Shown here: piece after piece, positions 24,970-39,708 of the stretch | How the letters are laid out: each line of letters opens with the position of its first letter | Numbering within the stretch: position 1 is the stretch's first letter | Assembly: GCA_951406725.2 (NCBI GenBank) | Contig: OX597815.1 | Location: 66,092,001 to 66,156,000, forward strand | Direction of reading: 5' to 3' | Origin: Octopus vulgaris | Lineage: Eukaryota | DNA: 64,000 bases | Made by a program: the position numbers and the translations under genes | The notes under the pieces: model-generated | Told to the model about the DNA's origin: nothing | The model's input: the letters and a program-made list of their open reading frames with translations, nothing else | Databases searched by the model: none

Positions 24970-25014
24970 ACAGTCTGATGAAAGCTAAGAGGCCAAAACT
25001 TCACAGCCACTGTC
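24970..25014 (+). ncRNA. degenerate type-I hammerhead, divergent partner of 24795-24838
   Basis: ACAGT-CTGATGA-AAGC-taaga-GGCC-AAAAC-TTCACA-GCC-ACTGT; stem I intact, G12 and U16.1 mutated. Confidence 0.45.
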
Positions 25015-28000
25015 ATCTCTCTGGTAAAATATATATATATATATATATATATATACTGGCATTAGAAAGGGCATCCAGCCATAGAAACCATGTTAAAACA
25101 GACAATGGAGCCTGATGCAGCTTCTGGCCTTACCAGCTCCTATCAAACTGCCCAACCCATGCCAGCATAGAAAACAATGTTAAATGTTGATGATGATGAC
25201 ATACATACATACACAACACATACACACATGTGTGTATAAACAAACTTTCCAATCAGTTCAAATATGTTTGGGACATATTTGAACTGAAAAAAAAAAGTCC
25301 TTTTCTCTGCAGTTTGCCATAGAGAAAAATTCTCACTTTAAACAAATGGAGTAAAACACCAAATTCAGTTTGGAGTACCACGAACTAATATATGCATTTC
25401 GAGCTCTTTATGCTTTCCTAAGTATTAAATACCAAGCAAGACAACTCTGAAATGATTGGAAACCTTTGACTCCTTATAAGAAATTAGTAGAAACCACATA
25501 AACCAAAGCATACTGCAGCTGGCAAGCCAAAACAAAATACACAGTTGGCACATAATGCAGTATTGTGAAATAAACACATTTTTCAGTCAGTTAAAATATG
25601 CAAGTGATATCCTTTTGTTTCCAATATTCTATGATGAACATGCTTGGTTCTGGGGAAATATAAACTTGCTTAGAAACTAGTGAGGGTTGGCAATATGAAG
25701 GGGATCTGTTCATAGAAAATATATCTCAACAAAGTCTGTGTCCCATATGAGCATGAAAAAGTGGACATTAAAATGATGATGATGATATACATGTGATGTT
25801 TTCATAGAAATAACTATAATAAGAATAGTTTCTAACTTAGGCACAAGGCCTGAAATATGGATGAGGTAGTGGTTGATTAAATTGCCCCCAGTACTTGACT
25901 AGTACTTTATTTTATCAACCCCAGAGGGATGAAAAGCAAAGGTGACCCCAACAAGATTTGAATTCAGAAGGTTAAGTATTAGAATGAGTGCAACATTTTG
26001 TATGAGGCTCAACTGATTTTGCCAGGCACAAGACCATCAATTTTGAGAGGTGGCTGGTAGTCAATTAGATTAATCTCAATACTTTATAAACAAGGACAAA
26101 GCTGATCTTGGTGAGATTTGAACTCTAAACATACTCAGAATAAATACTGCAATGCATTTTCCTGATGCTCTGACTATTTACCAGTTCACAATTTTTAACA
26201 AGGTTTTTGATTTAGGCCCAAAGAAAGTAATTTTGAAAGGATTAGTTCATACTATCATCCCTAGTACTTGACAACTACTTTATTCTATCAGCCCCACAAA
26301 AGGGTGAAAAGCAAAGTTGACCTCAGTGAGATTTGATTCAAAATTTAAAGAACTGGAATAAATACTGCAAAGTATTTTGCTTGACACCCTGATACTATCA
26401 TCACCATCACTATCATCAATATGTTACATATCTAAATCATTGTTTTCAGCTAAGTAGTACAGGAACAGTTTCTCATCATCTTCTAATGTAAGCATGAAAC
26501 TTCCATTTGTCAACTGTAGACAGGCAGTGGTGACTTTGATGCCTTTTCCAAGGCAGTGGTGATATGAAATGGTTCCCACTTGGAAATCAAATGCAGGTAT
26601 TTGATGCAGTTCTTCATTGTAAACCTACTGCCACTTCACAACACGCCAATGCTAATATTGGTTTCCAATTGGCACAGGGCCAGTAGTTTTGGGGGATGAG
26701 CAAGTCAATTACATTGACCCTAGTACTCAACTGTGCTTATTTTATTGACCCCAGAAGGATGAAAATCAAAGTCAAACTTGGCAAAATTTGAACTTAGAAT
26801 GTAAAACAAAATGCTGCTAAGCATTTTACCCAGCATGCTAATGCTTCTGCCAGCTCATCACCTTGGTTTATGCTAATATTAAATGTTAATGATCACAGAT
26901 TTGTTGATTAAAATGTTGGCACATAAATTTGTTAAAAATAATTAATTGATACTAGCTTCATTAACAAGAATCTTATTGCAATCAGTGTATTACATTCATT
27001 TGGTTTTGCATTAGTAAGATCAACATTATTTTGGTACCAATATTAATGGTTTCAAATTTTGGCATAAGGCCAACAAATTTAAGCAGAGGGCAAGTCGATT
27101 AAATAAACCCTAATCCTTGACAGGTACTTATTTTATTGACCCCCAAAGGGATGAAGGGCAAAGTTGACCTAGATGGTATTTGAACTCAGAATGTAAAACT
27201 AGAAGAAATGCTGCTGAGTATTTTGTCCAGCATGCTAATAATTCTGGGAGCTCATTAATAATTCCAAGTGTAAAACTTTAACACAATCAGCTCACCTGAA
27301 GACAAGATGGCTCCCTTTAACTATGGCTGGGGGTTACATTGTTTTAGGGGTACATTCTCAATAAATTGAGTCTTTAAGTAGTCATAGTTACGGAAATGGT
27401 CATAATAAAAATTTTCTTATTTGTAGCTGCCATTTCTTCTAAAAATACATTGATTTCAAGAGATCTGTCATTGGGGAAAATAATATAATAAAAATGTTAA
27501 AAAATGAAAAAAATGATACAATACAAATGTCACATGACAAAAGTAACATTATCATGTCATGATATAGACATGATCATACACAGACAAGCATTATCATAAT
27601 TCTAGCAATAATAGTATCATAGTCTTCTATTGACCTTATATGGTTAATAGGAAATAGAATAAATATGTGCACAGAAATGTGATAAAAAGATTAAATTGCT
27701 TAACCTTTCATGGATATAAACATTCATAACTGGGGGAGAAGGGGCCAGACCCCAGAATAACATCATGTGAAGATTTATAATATTTGAAAGAATACAGGGT
27801 GTGGCAGAAAAACTGCCCATATAACATTTAAAAAGAATATTGAATGTGGGAAGTTTTTTTGCCACATTCTAGACAAAGTTGCTTGTTAGACTGACTAAAG
27901 AACATGTATTCAAGTCACTAGAATTGCATATGGAGTTAATCATTGGTTAAAGATGTGAAACATGTCTTTGTCTACTTAGGTGGGTGATGGTGTACTTGCA

Positions 28001-28399
28001 TATATGAAAACTCATAGAAAACACTACAGCGTTTAGGGTCTTCACAACTAAAACAAGAGCTTGGAAAATTTGCAGATCATAAATAATAGCATTATCAAAA
28101 ATGGTTATATTTTATTCATTTTACCAGTTATTAAGATGATTAATGACTAAACTGAGTTTTATTTTTTCTTCCTGAAAATATTCAAACATTCATATATGTG
28201 AAGTAAAAGGTGCAATGATCAGAAGAGGAGATAAAATAATAAAATATAAAAGAAAATGAAAGAAAAATTCTTACATTTGTCATTAAAAAAAAACAGAAGC
28301 ACATTTTAATGGTACAATATTTCAGTTTGAACCATGAAAAAAATTTAAAATGATTCATAAGGCACATTTTTATTTTCTTAATATATTTTAATGGTGAAT

Positions 28400-28437
<38 letters not shown>

Positions 28438-29058
28438 GTACCTTGAGGGTATGCCCTGACACCTCATCCTGACCATTTTTTTACTCTCTTTCCAATGTAT
28501 CTCCTCTACTACACACCTGTTCCTGTTGGTGAATGGATTCGTGTGTGATTTTCAATACAAAGTAAACTCTCACAGAATTGAGGTTACAAATCACTTTCAC
28601 TCCTGGCTGAAGCTGATATTCTTAGATTTACTAACTCTCTTAAGGAATATTGCATCCAGTACCAAGACATATTCTGTAAATCACTCTCAATGAGGCCAAC
28701 ACTAAAACATCATCATCATTGTTGTTTTAATGCCCACTTTTCCATACTTGCATGGATTGGACAGAATTTGCTGAGGCAGCTTTTCTATGGCCATGTACCC
28801 TTTCTAACACCAACCACTTTACAGTGAGTTATCTGTTGGTAATAAATTGTGGCTACTGAAGAAACGATGTACTCAACATTTTAATATTATAATGACATAA
28901 ACAAGAACATATTTTGGTGAAATAAATGCCATTCCTTAACATAAGAAAATATATCTATGTATATACAAATAGTGAAGAAAGTGTGAAACAGAAATACACA
29001 GCAGAGAGGAGTATAACAACTACAACACCCTAGCAATCGCTCCTAATGTAGTCATAGA

Positions 29059-29097
<39 letters not shown>

Positions 29098-29455
29098 CGC
29101 ATGTGCATGCATGTGCATGTATGTATGTATCATCATCATTTAACATTCATCTGCCATGCTAGCATGGGTTTGATGGGATTCAAGCCAGAGGACTGCATCA
29201 ACTCCAGTCAACCATTTCAAAGGGTGCATTTTACATGGCACCAGCAATACTGACATTACCAAGTAACTTGCAACAATTGGAGTGTAGTATTAAGCAAGCT
29301 GGTTTTATGCTAGATGTGGAAAGGTGATAAAAAGACAGGAACAAATGTCTTATTGCTGAGGTGATATGTGGCTACTCCAGTTGGAAAGTGAAAAAAGAGA
29401 AGACGATGATTGAGTGTAAGAGTGTAAACAATAGAGAACATATACATATATATAT

Positions 29456-30340
29456 CAGTGGTGTATGGTGGTTGTTGTCAATAGGTGTGCTGCCACACAG
29501 ACCATACTATGGCTAACATTAGTATTACTCAAATTAAGCATAAAAACTGTATTTCTATTCAAAATGCAGGATCCAAAATGTAAATAATGTAAACTAAAAA
29601 ATATTTCTCCAAAATTAAATCATTCAAATTTATGAAAAACTTCACTTGGCATTATACTAGGCTACATTGGCCTCTCACAGGTTATGATTTAGGCTACAAA
29701 ACTCCTAAATTTTGTTACAAATATATAAGTATATAATCACTGAAAATTAAATTAAAAGTGCATATCTCTATGACTGTAAAAGCATTAAAGACCAACACAA
29801 ATTAAGCTTTAAATAAAATGTCTTAAGCACACAACTAAGAAAATCATAAAATTACTGAGCAAACTATCAGTACACAATCTTTCAGAATTCGACCTGACTT
29901 AAGTTTTGTTTCTGACTTCTAAAAGTGTATTATTAATCTTGAAAACAAATAAGATCAAAGTTATATCATGATATTGTAAGAAAAAAATTATTGTAAAAAA
30001 AAACGAGTTTTAGTTAAAGAATTTTAAATTAATTTAAACATATAACTTCTCGCCATCAAAACAAACATGCAACCATGCTTGTCAAAGCTGTCACACACAC
30101 TTCGCCATTAATTTTTTGCCATTATTCTACAATATGCCTGGTACCATATTATGATACAATGAACCATGAGGTGTGCAGTGTTATTTCATGACACCGCCAA
30201 CATTTTAAGTAGAGATATAACAAAAGTTTTCCATTATGATTTGTGATTAAATTAATGAGTAAGGCTAATATTTATAAGGAATTTGCCACTTTCGACGGTT
30301 GTGCAATGCACACCTAGTACACCCAAAATATACGCCCCTG
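29456..30340. mobile_element. non-autonomous hAT-like DNA transposon remnant
   Basis: imperfect TIRs CAGTGGTGTAT...TAGGTGTGC and GCACACCTA...ATACGCCCCTG; both flanks ATATATAT (low-complexity candidate 8-bp TSD). Confidence 0.55.
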
Positions 30341-30921
30341 ATATATATATGCATATACACACACACACATACATGCATATATATCTATATACACACACAC
30401 ACATACATATAAATGCTTAGTGATGTGCAGTAATGCACAACTTGTTCCCATACATATTATGTATTAAACTCCACCACATTAAACTCCCTATTGCTGTAAT
30501 GCATTGTATAAAGTGGCATAGATTTAGATTAAAGCTGTAACATAGTAAAAAGAGCCACTTATTGTGGACATAATCACAGAAAAAAATGGTTTATTGGCAT
30601 TGCAATTCACACACTGATGACATGACAGGAATGCAGAAACCATGTACTGATCACTAGAAGGTAAATAAGAATATCATTTGATAAATATAATAGCTATAAA
30701 TCACAATGTACAAAACAGACAGAATGAAATCAATGGAAGAGTAATGTAGAAGTGAATTAGTAGTACATTGTGATTGGTGTGGTTAAGAAGTTTGCTTCAT
30801 AACCATATAGTTTCAGGTTCAATACCATTATGTGGCATCTTGGACAAATGTCCCTTACCATAGTCCTGGGCCAACTAAAGCCTTGTGAGTGGATTTAGTT
30901 AGATAGAAACTGAAAGAAGCC

Positions 30922-30974
<53 letters not shown>

Positions 30975-31744
30975 ATGTATGAGGGTTTGACAATTTCTCA
31001 CTGAACAACCACACAGATGATTTATTTATAGTGATCAGGTGTTTGTGTAGACATAAGCTCATTCTCTCCATCAGATTGACATTACCTGTACAGGTGTCGA
31101 AATGATCACAGAGCAACATGAAATGAAGTGCTTTGCTCAAGAACACAATGCAACACCCAGTTTGGGAGTCGAACCCATGATCTCGCAATTGTGAGTGCAA
31201 CACCTTAACCACTAAGCCATGCACCTTCACATACACACACTGTGTGTGTGTATTTAATCAGCAGAAGTTTTCCTGCTTATATCACCAAGCCTGAGCATGT
31301 GTGAGTGCATACGTACATGTGTATGTATGTTTGTATAAGTGTGTGTACGGATGTGTGTGTATGTGAGTGTGTGTTAATGTCTCCCTGTCTTGACAATGTA
31401 TGTTAGTTGTAAACAATCATCAATATCACACAAGGGTGTTCTTGATTTCCAATCTTTCGAGGGATAAATATTATCTCACTTGAAAACAGTAAAGGTTTGG
31501 CAATGGGGAAGGGCAGAGAACATAAAAATCAAATCACAGATTCTGGGAACTTAGTGTGCTTTTTGTTGTTTGGAAGTTGAAGGATGACACCAAGCATAAG
31601 GAAATTAAAACTCTGGGAGGCTTTGGCAGGCAGCTGATTAGAAACAGAGACATAGAGATGTTTCTGTGCTTTTATTCTAAAATATACAAAATGTTACACT
31701 ACCAAACACCCATAGAGTTAATGTCATACAGAAGTATAAGGTTT

Positions 31745-31968
31745 TCAACCTTTTAGCATTTAAACCAGCCATAACTGGCTCAAATATACTGTTTTATGTT
31801 CAAACTGTCAAAATCTGGCCTCTCACACCTACCCTAAAATGTCATTCTAAAAAATAAATAATCACATCTTTGAAATTTCAAAGTTCAAGATAATGCATGA
31901 TTAATTCAAAACAATGCAAATTAATAGGTATTAAATTTGACAGTGTAATCTGAATGCTAAAGGGTTAA
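31745..31968. mobile_element. about 220-bp piggyBac-like MITE
   Basis: ends resemble TTAA-CCCTTTAGCATT and AATGCTAAAGGG-TTAA; other copies at 32942-33113, 39150-39367, 50080-50304, 52377-52582. Confidence 0.7.
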
Positions 31969-32453
31969 ACATTCATGATACAGTGCTCCTCAAAATATTA
32001 TTACACTAAGCACTAATAAGATATTCTGAGAAACCCACAATTAAAAGATATAAATGATCATAGTGAGATTTTTAATTGTTGCTAGCACAAAACAAGGAAT
32101 TTTAGGAGTGGATAGCTTAGTCCCCCACCTTTCCTCAGTACTTCCCTGGTATTTTATTTTATTTCTACAGATTTAAGTGCACTGCTAATACTGTAGTACA
32201 TGGTATTGACTTATAAAATTGTTTAATATACTTTGTAGCATATTATGGTTGCATAATGAAATACCGTGTGCCTACAAGTCATTAATCTTTATTTTATTGT
32301 CCCCCCAAAATTAAAAGGTAAACTTGCTCTTGGCAGGATTTGATCTCAGAAAATAAATAAAGGCTCAAAACAAATACCACAAATCATTTTTGCCAATGCT
32401 CTAACATTTCTGCCAATTCACCTGCCTAAGCCATAATAAACACACACACAGAT

Positions 32454-32503
<50 letters not shown>

Positions 32504-35500
32504 TACATACACACAGAGAAAGAGAGAGAGAGAAAAGCAATGTGAATATTTCAGGAATGCTAGAAAAAAAGCAGTTTAGACATTGAACTGAAAATATTGA
32601 GTGAAAACTGGAATCTAAAAAGATTAAAACGTTAAAATTAAATAGAAATATATAAAAAATAAATTAATGTGGAAATGATTCCAAAAATTCTGGAAATTCT
32701 GAAATTGACATTCAGCATCCAAACTATTGATTTTTATTTCTACTATTGCTGGTTATACTACAGTACCATAGAAAATCAGGACTTCTACCTCTACCATCAT
32801 AGATACAATATGTACCTTAATATAATGCAAGTTGCTAAATATAAGGTGGCCTTGTTATATGAAAAGATATTAATTTTCCTAATGAAAAGAATAAAACAGC
32901 AGAAAAATATGTTTGCTTGTCAACTGAACATTTATTAGATTTTAACCCTTTATCATTAATAGCATCCATATCTGGCCCAAATATTTTATTTGTAGATATA
33001 AACAATCACATCATCAGAATCTTGAAAGTACAAGATTATGCGTGAGTAATTCAAAACAATGTTAATAAATAAGCATTACATTTGAAAGAATAATCTGAAT
33101 GACAAAGAGTTAAGTAATTAGGTAACTGGCATTATGTGAATCTAAGAGAATTAGATAATGGTTGCAATCAAGTGGTTGCAATCAAAATGCATTTCACAAT
33201 ACTGCACTGGAAATCTCAGTCCCCCATTAAGAATGTCCTTCAATTTCATGTCGTGTGTCTCTACCAATAACATCAATGTACTTCAGTGGTCTCTGTTCTC
33301 TATAAGAATTCTGGAAGTCACCAAAATATTCACAATGTACCAAACTTGAATGGAAAATCCAAACATTTTATAGAATTTCTGAAACTTCAGGACATGATAT
33401 CCAGATTTTCCTAGATATTCTATAAATTACTGAGTAACATGTGTGAAATGACCACAATATGTATCTATGTGTGTGTGTGTGTGTTTTTGTTTCTGTTCTT
33501 GTACCTACCACCACGACTGCTTGACAACTGGTGTCAGTTTGTTTATATCCACATAAGCTAGCAGTCTGACAGAATAAATACCAGACTTAAAAAATAAGTA
33601 CTACAACATTATTTTTCCTTCAGCAGAAAAGCAAACAGTATTTATTGAGGTTATCCTACATGCCCTTCTATCTGAGTTCAAATTAAAATTACTTATTTGG
33701 AAAATATTTAAAAACTTTTCTATATGATTGTTCTTTTATTCTTTTACTTGTTTCAGTCATTTGACTGTGGCCATACTGGAGCTCCGCCTTTAGTCGAGCA
33801 AATCGACCTCATGACTTATTCTTTGTATGCCTAGTACTTATACTATCTGTCTCTTTTGCCAAACTGCTAAGTTACGGGGCTGTAAACACACCAGCATCAG
33901 TTGTCAAGTGATGGTAGGGGGACAAACATGGACACACACACACATATATACGACAGGCTTCTTTCAGTTTCCATCTACCAAATCCACTCACAAGGTTTTG
34001 GTCAGCCCGAGGCTATAGAAAACACTTGCCCAAGGTGCCATGCAGTAGGACTGAACCCGGAACTATGTGGTTGGCTAGCAAGCTACCTACCACACAGCCA
34101 CTCCGGCGCCACATTTTATCACTAATTCGTTTCTGGAGTTTAATAACTTGCATTTTGATGTAAGAACGTAGAATATTTCTTCCAAGCAGAGATCATATTT
34201 CTGACTCCCATCAGTATATGGTGATGTACTACCAAGAAGAAAACATTTAATGGTTAATTATTTGGTGTCCCTATCTTTTAAAGTTCAAATGAATCCACTC
34301 TAACTTGTACAGTTAATTTTTTTCTCTGTTTTTGAAAGAAGAAAGATGATCACATAATCTTCTTTTAAAGTCAGTAGAACATGAATCTATGTAATAATTA
34401 GAAATACCTTCAGTCGTTTATATACTATATTATCTTTGATATATTTTCTGCAAGCAGACGTTTTGAGACATTTTCCTGCAAGCAGTTACAATTATGCCTA
34501 TTGTCATAAACCTTATGCCTGTTACTATCAGAAGTATTATACATTCTGCTTAGAGTGTTAGCTATTACTTTCTGGATATTAGTTTCACAAAAGATTAAAT
34601 TAGGTATGCTATTGTATTCCATGCTCAGTTTATTTAACTAATGGGAATGTAAATTGAGCTCAGTTACCTCCCTTACATTAACTTCAGTAAATTCATTACT
34701 GTTTCCACTATGCTAGCCATACAGTTGTTGACAACCTCCCTTCATATCATGCCCCACCCCAACTAGATAGCTACTATTACCAGTCATATTATTATTATTA
34801 TTTATATTTGTGTGATTATTTGCGTTTATTGAGTTCACTAATGTGAACTCTCTAATTCTCTTAAAATTGTAGACTGCAATAATTTGGACAAGATTTCTGG
34901 TTGTCAAAAAAGTAAACCTGATCATGTGTTTATTGAATATGCCACTGTATTTGCTGGATGGTGGAAAGTGTCTATCTAATACAGTGAAAAATTTGCAAAT
35001 ATATTTGTGGCTATTTGAGCTCCAAAGGCTGCATTAGACACCTATACAGTAGAAACACATGTCAGAATGGAATATGAAGAAAGTTAATAAATAAATTTTG
35101 AAGATGTATAATTCTCTATTTTACCTTATCATGTCTTGATTATATACTCTCTATGTGACATAGAATCCAGTGAAGTGAACTCGGGATTTAGCAATCAAAT
35201 GAAGTACAGTTTAATTGCTGATCTTGAACGATTCTGAATGTTCCCTATCATTTGATGTGGTTAACCAGATCTGGATTGTATTAGTGTGCTCACAAGATAC
35301 CTTCCCTGATTTAAAATCCCTATTTCTTTACATTATTACTTGAATAACTCTAAGCACTTACAGTGGAATACCTTGTAATGGAGAAACTATTTATTAAACA
35401 CCTTTAAAAGACATCACTACCACCCAAAAAAGAATAAATGAAAAATCTGATAGATAAAACTAACACTTTTATACACCATATGAGATGGCAAATGAGTCAC

Positions 35501-35574
35501 TTTGATAGGAAGAACACTGATCTAGTCAATAATGATTATGGATTAAAGTATATATTTAAATCTTGGCAGAACTC

Positions 35575-35942
35575 TACCATGTAACCTATAACTAGCTTTG
35601 AAGATGAACAATAGAATATAATCAGGATATAAAGTTTCACTTATCAGTTAAGGAGCTGCACACAGATAAAACTGGTAATATATACCAGTGGGATTACAAA
35701 CCCTATTCTTCTCTGATTAGGAAATAAATTCTTAAAAATTATAAATTAACTTCTGAAAATATCCTATTGAGTATTAACTTACAAACAAAGAAAATAGTCG
35801 AAGGATTTCATCTGGATGACAGAACAGAACACTACGTTTTTAAAACTCCTAGTACAAATGTGAAGGATCATAAGCCCAACTTTACTACTAGTCCCTTATT
35901 TAGACTTATATGCCCTTTTCAATCAGATATAGGCAAATTATA
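35575..35942 (+). mobile_element. Penelope-like reverse transcriptase fragment
   Basis: VKDHKPNFTTSPLFRLICPFQSDIGKL resembles the KDHK.NF...RLI.P..S.IGK motif at the start of some PLE RTs. Confidence 0.6.
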
Positions 35943-36992
35943 TATATACTAATATTGTTGTATATACATATATATTATTATAATTTGTTTAGGATTCAGT
36001 ATAAGAGCACAAATACAACACCCTCATCTCTCTTGTCTATTATATTACAATATAATAGATATCACAATATATTAGACAATTATAATAGCTGTCACTATAA
36101 TATACAATTTACTATTATACTAATTATTAATAATAGATATTACTGTGATAATTTCAATTTATCAATAAAATGTCCAGTCCCTGCTGTCTGTCATACTACA
36201 ATTAGCATAAAAAATGCTACACCTTCTACAAAATAACCAGATGTTATATCAAAATAGCTTGGTAAAGTGTATATGGTCAGAATCAAATAAGTTCATTTCA
36301 GACTTTGCCTAAAACTGCTGAAAATTCAACAGAATACACAGGTATCCAATACAGCACCTTAGTTTCACATAATGCCAGTAGTGTGTATATATATATACAT
36401 ACATACATATATAAATACACACATATATATTTAAACTACAAGTATATAAAAGTTAACTGAATTTTTTTCTCCCATTTTTCCATGCGATCATGGATTAAAG
36501 GTTTGTGTAAGGTAGAATCAATTATTTTTACAGCTCAAGAATCAAGCTGTAAGAATAAAACACTTATCAGTCAGGTAGTCTGAGGCAACAAGTAGAGCTG
36601 TGTGTCTTGCCCAAGAACACAATAGAAAGAATAAGGTTTGGAAGTGGTCAATGCTTAAACCTCACAAGTCCTTTCACTTTCTTCTTTCTATATTCTTGTA
36701 ATTATTACATTGTAATATTTCCTTTTTTTTTTAATATTTAAAACTTTGCAAAATTTCAAATATTAAAAAAAATCAAACAAATTTTCAGAAATAATGCATA
36801 AGTATAAACAGGCCTCACCTTATATTCAGGCAATATATGTTTAAGTCGACTTTTTTACAAATAACCAGGTTTTGTAGGTGTGTTTCTATACAGATCCATT
36901 TGTGTTATCACTGATAACATCATGTTAATGAAAAAAAATATAAAATTTACAGTGGAAGAAAAATAATGATATTTACATATGGGTTTTTTTTA

Positions 36993-37343
36993 TCATAAAC
37001 TTCCAATATCATTAAATTTCTTCAGCATAGGAGGGAAGTTATCTTTATAAAGCACTGGATCTGCCCGGAATTCCACAGTTCGGAGAGCAACAGTGCCATA
37101 TATATCTACAAACCTGTTGATGCATTCTGTACGTTCAACCATGTGATTTAAATCTAAAGACAGAAAACTGTTGTTAAGACATTTTGGACACTTGAACTTT
37201 TTGCGTGGTGTGACCTTTATTGGTGCTTTACCTGTGGTGTTTGTAATCAAGAAATTAAATGCAATATCTTCACAGTTCATGTGTTCATCGACCCAGGTTT
37301 TGATGTTGCCTGGCATTGAATAAGTATAGAGGAAGTTGTAAAA
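36993..37343 (-). CDS. EXT2: exostosin-2, last coding exon (GT64 domain C-terminus)
   Basis: [32 protein letters not shown]...[10 protein letters not shown]...[24 protein letters not shown]; acceptor ttttcag, phase 0. Confidence 0.97.
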   Translation of the reverse strand, partial: FYNFLYTYSMPGNIKTWVDEHMNCEDIAFNFLITNTTGKAPIKVTPRKKFKCPKCLNNSFLSLDLNHMVERTECINRFVDIYGTVALRTVEFRADPVLYKDNFPPMLKKFNDIGSL

Positions 37344-37663
37344 CTGAAAAGAAGAAAAATAAATATATTTCATTATTGCAATAAACAATATATCATTATC
37401 ATTTAACGTCCATTTTCAATGCTGGCACAGGTTGGACAGTTTGACTGAAAACTGGTAAGCTGGGGAGTTGCACCAGGTCCAAATCTGATTTGGCATGATT
37501 TCTACAGCTGAATGCCCTTTCTAATACCAACCATACCTAGAGTGTAGTGGGTGCTTTTTATGTGCCACTGACACACACACATATATATATATATATATAC
37601 ACACATACACACACATACATACACACACATATATATATATACACACACACACATATATATGTA

Positions 37664-37765
<102 letters not shown>

Positions 37766-38216
37766 CATTATAATCATTATCATTTTAACATCTACTTTTC
37801 CATGCTTGTATAGATCAGATGGCATTTGTCAAAGCATATTTTCTACAGCTTGATGCCATTACTGTCACCAACCCTCACCTGTTTCCAAACAAGGTAATAT
37901 TTCCCCATGGAGAGATATGTTTTTCAGAGAAGATTGAAAACAAACAACACCACTTTTCTGATAGTGATGCTTGTTTACAACCCTCAAATGATGTCAAGAC
38001 AAGGATACAAGGGCTCCTTTCAATTTCCATCTACTACATGTACTCCAAAAGCTTTGGTTGGTCTGGAGCTGTAGCTGAAGACACTAACGCAAGGTGTTAT
38101 TTAGTGGGATTGAATCTGAAACACATGGTTGGTAAATTAAGCCTCTTAACCACACAGCCATACACATAAACACATATGGTGTAATGAAATAGTAAAAAAA
38201 ACAATGATGCTACAAT

Positions 38217-38371
38217 TCTATATTTAAGAGATGAGGAATTATTTACATTCGATGGATTTTGTCCTCATCTTGTTTGTTGTTAAAACGTTTTGGCTGATAT
38301 ACCCTCCAGCCATCTTCAGGTGTCTTGAAGAAATTTCAAACCTGGGTTCTCATTCCTAAGGTATTTTTCAA

Positions 38372-38372
<1 letters not shown>
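38217..38372 (-). mobile_element. short repeat with a decayed hammerhead-like motif (about 38275-38325)
   Basis: reverse complement reads GACAC-CTGAAGA-T-GGCTG-gagggtatat-CAGCC-AAAA-CGTT; stem II intact, G12 lost, 3' strand of stem I missing. Confidence 0.4.
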
Positions 38373-38410
<38 letters not shown>

Positions 38411-39708
38411 CATTATTGTTCAGGTCACTGCTTGGAATCAAACTCGGAATCTTAAGGTTAGTAACCTGCGCTCTTAACCACTACGCCATATGCCCGTGTA
38501 ACAATGATGCTATTTTAACTTTCATCATCTTTATCATTTTATATCAGCTTCCTGTGCCAGCATGGGTTGGGCAATTTGACAAGATTTAACAACTCAGAGG
38601 GCCATTTCATGCTCCAATATCTCTGTTTAGACTTGGTTTCTATGGTTGGATACCTTTCCTAATCTCACCCACTTTATACAGTATACAGGATACTTGGAGG
38701 AGGACACCAGCCCTAGTACAAAACTAAAGATCTTAAACAGGCTCCCATAAAACACATGTTATTGTTTAGTCCTAAGTCAGCTCTGACTGAAAGCACATAT
38801 CATCAAAGACATTCCAGTCATGACCATTGCATCTTTTTGTCTCAAACAGCATATCTAGGACTACATTATCCAATGTCCTGGAGGAGATGGGAGTGGAAGA
38901 AAAACTGGTGACAATGGTAGGACAGCAAAAACTGCTTTATTTCAACCACATTATCAGGACTCAGACCCTCTGTGCCCACATTCTATAGGGCTGGGGATGG
39001 ATGGAAAATGGGCTCACAAGCAACAAAAAATAAAGATAGAGTGACGACATTAAGAACTGGGTGGCAGAATCCTTGGAATGTACATGAGACTACTGTGTGT
39101 GGTGAGGGATGGTGGTCTCTCTACAGGAATATACCCTAACATTTCTGCTTTAACCCTTTAGCATTTCGATTACTCTGTCAAATATAATGCTTATTTATTC
39201 ACAATGTTCTGAATTAATCTTTTATTATCACACAGCTTTTGATGATGTGATTTTTTATATTTAGAACATTGTAGGCTAGGTGTGAGAGGCCAGGTCTGGC
39301 TAGTTTTAATGTAAAACAGGTAACATATCTGGGCTGGATATGACCAGTTCAAAAGCGAAAGAGTTAATGTGTCTCATTGCAAAGAAAAGCAATCCTCTCA
39401 CTTAACCATCTGTTGTAAGCAAAAAAGGTTGTTAGAAATCAAAACAAACACAGGCATAGTTTGTAGAGAACTTGTCCCTATGCCTTCTCTTCAATAGACT
39501 ACTGGTACTTAGGTACACCTTGTCAATCTACAGAATATGAAATGCAAATGTAATTCAAGGTCTGAAATGAAAAATATAAGACACTGAAATAATTTCTATA
39601 TAATTTCTAGATGAACTTTAATCATAAATATGCTCAATCAAAGATGAGCCTTTTCTCATTCACAAGCTCAGCCAAGACAAAATATTTTGGAAATAATCAT
39701 TAACTTAC

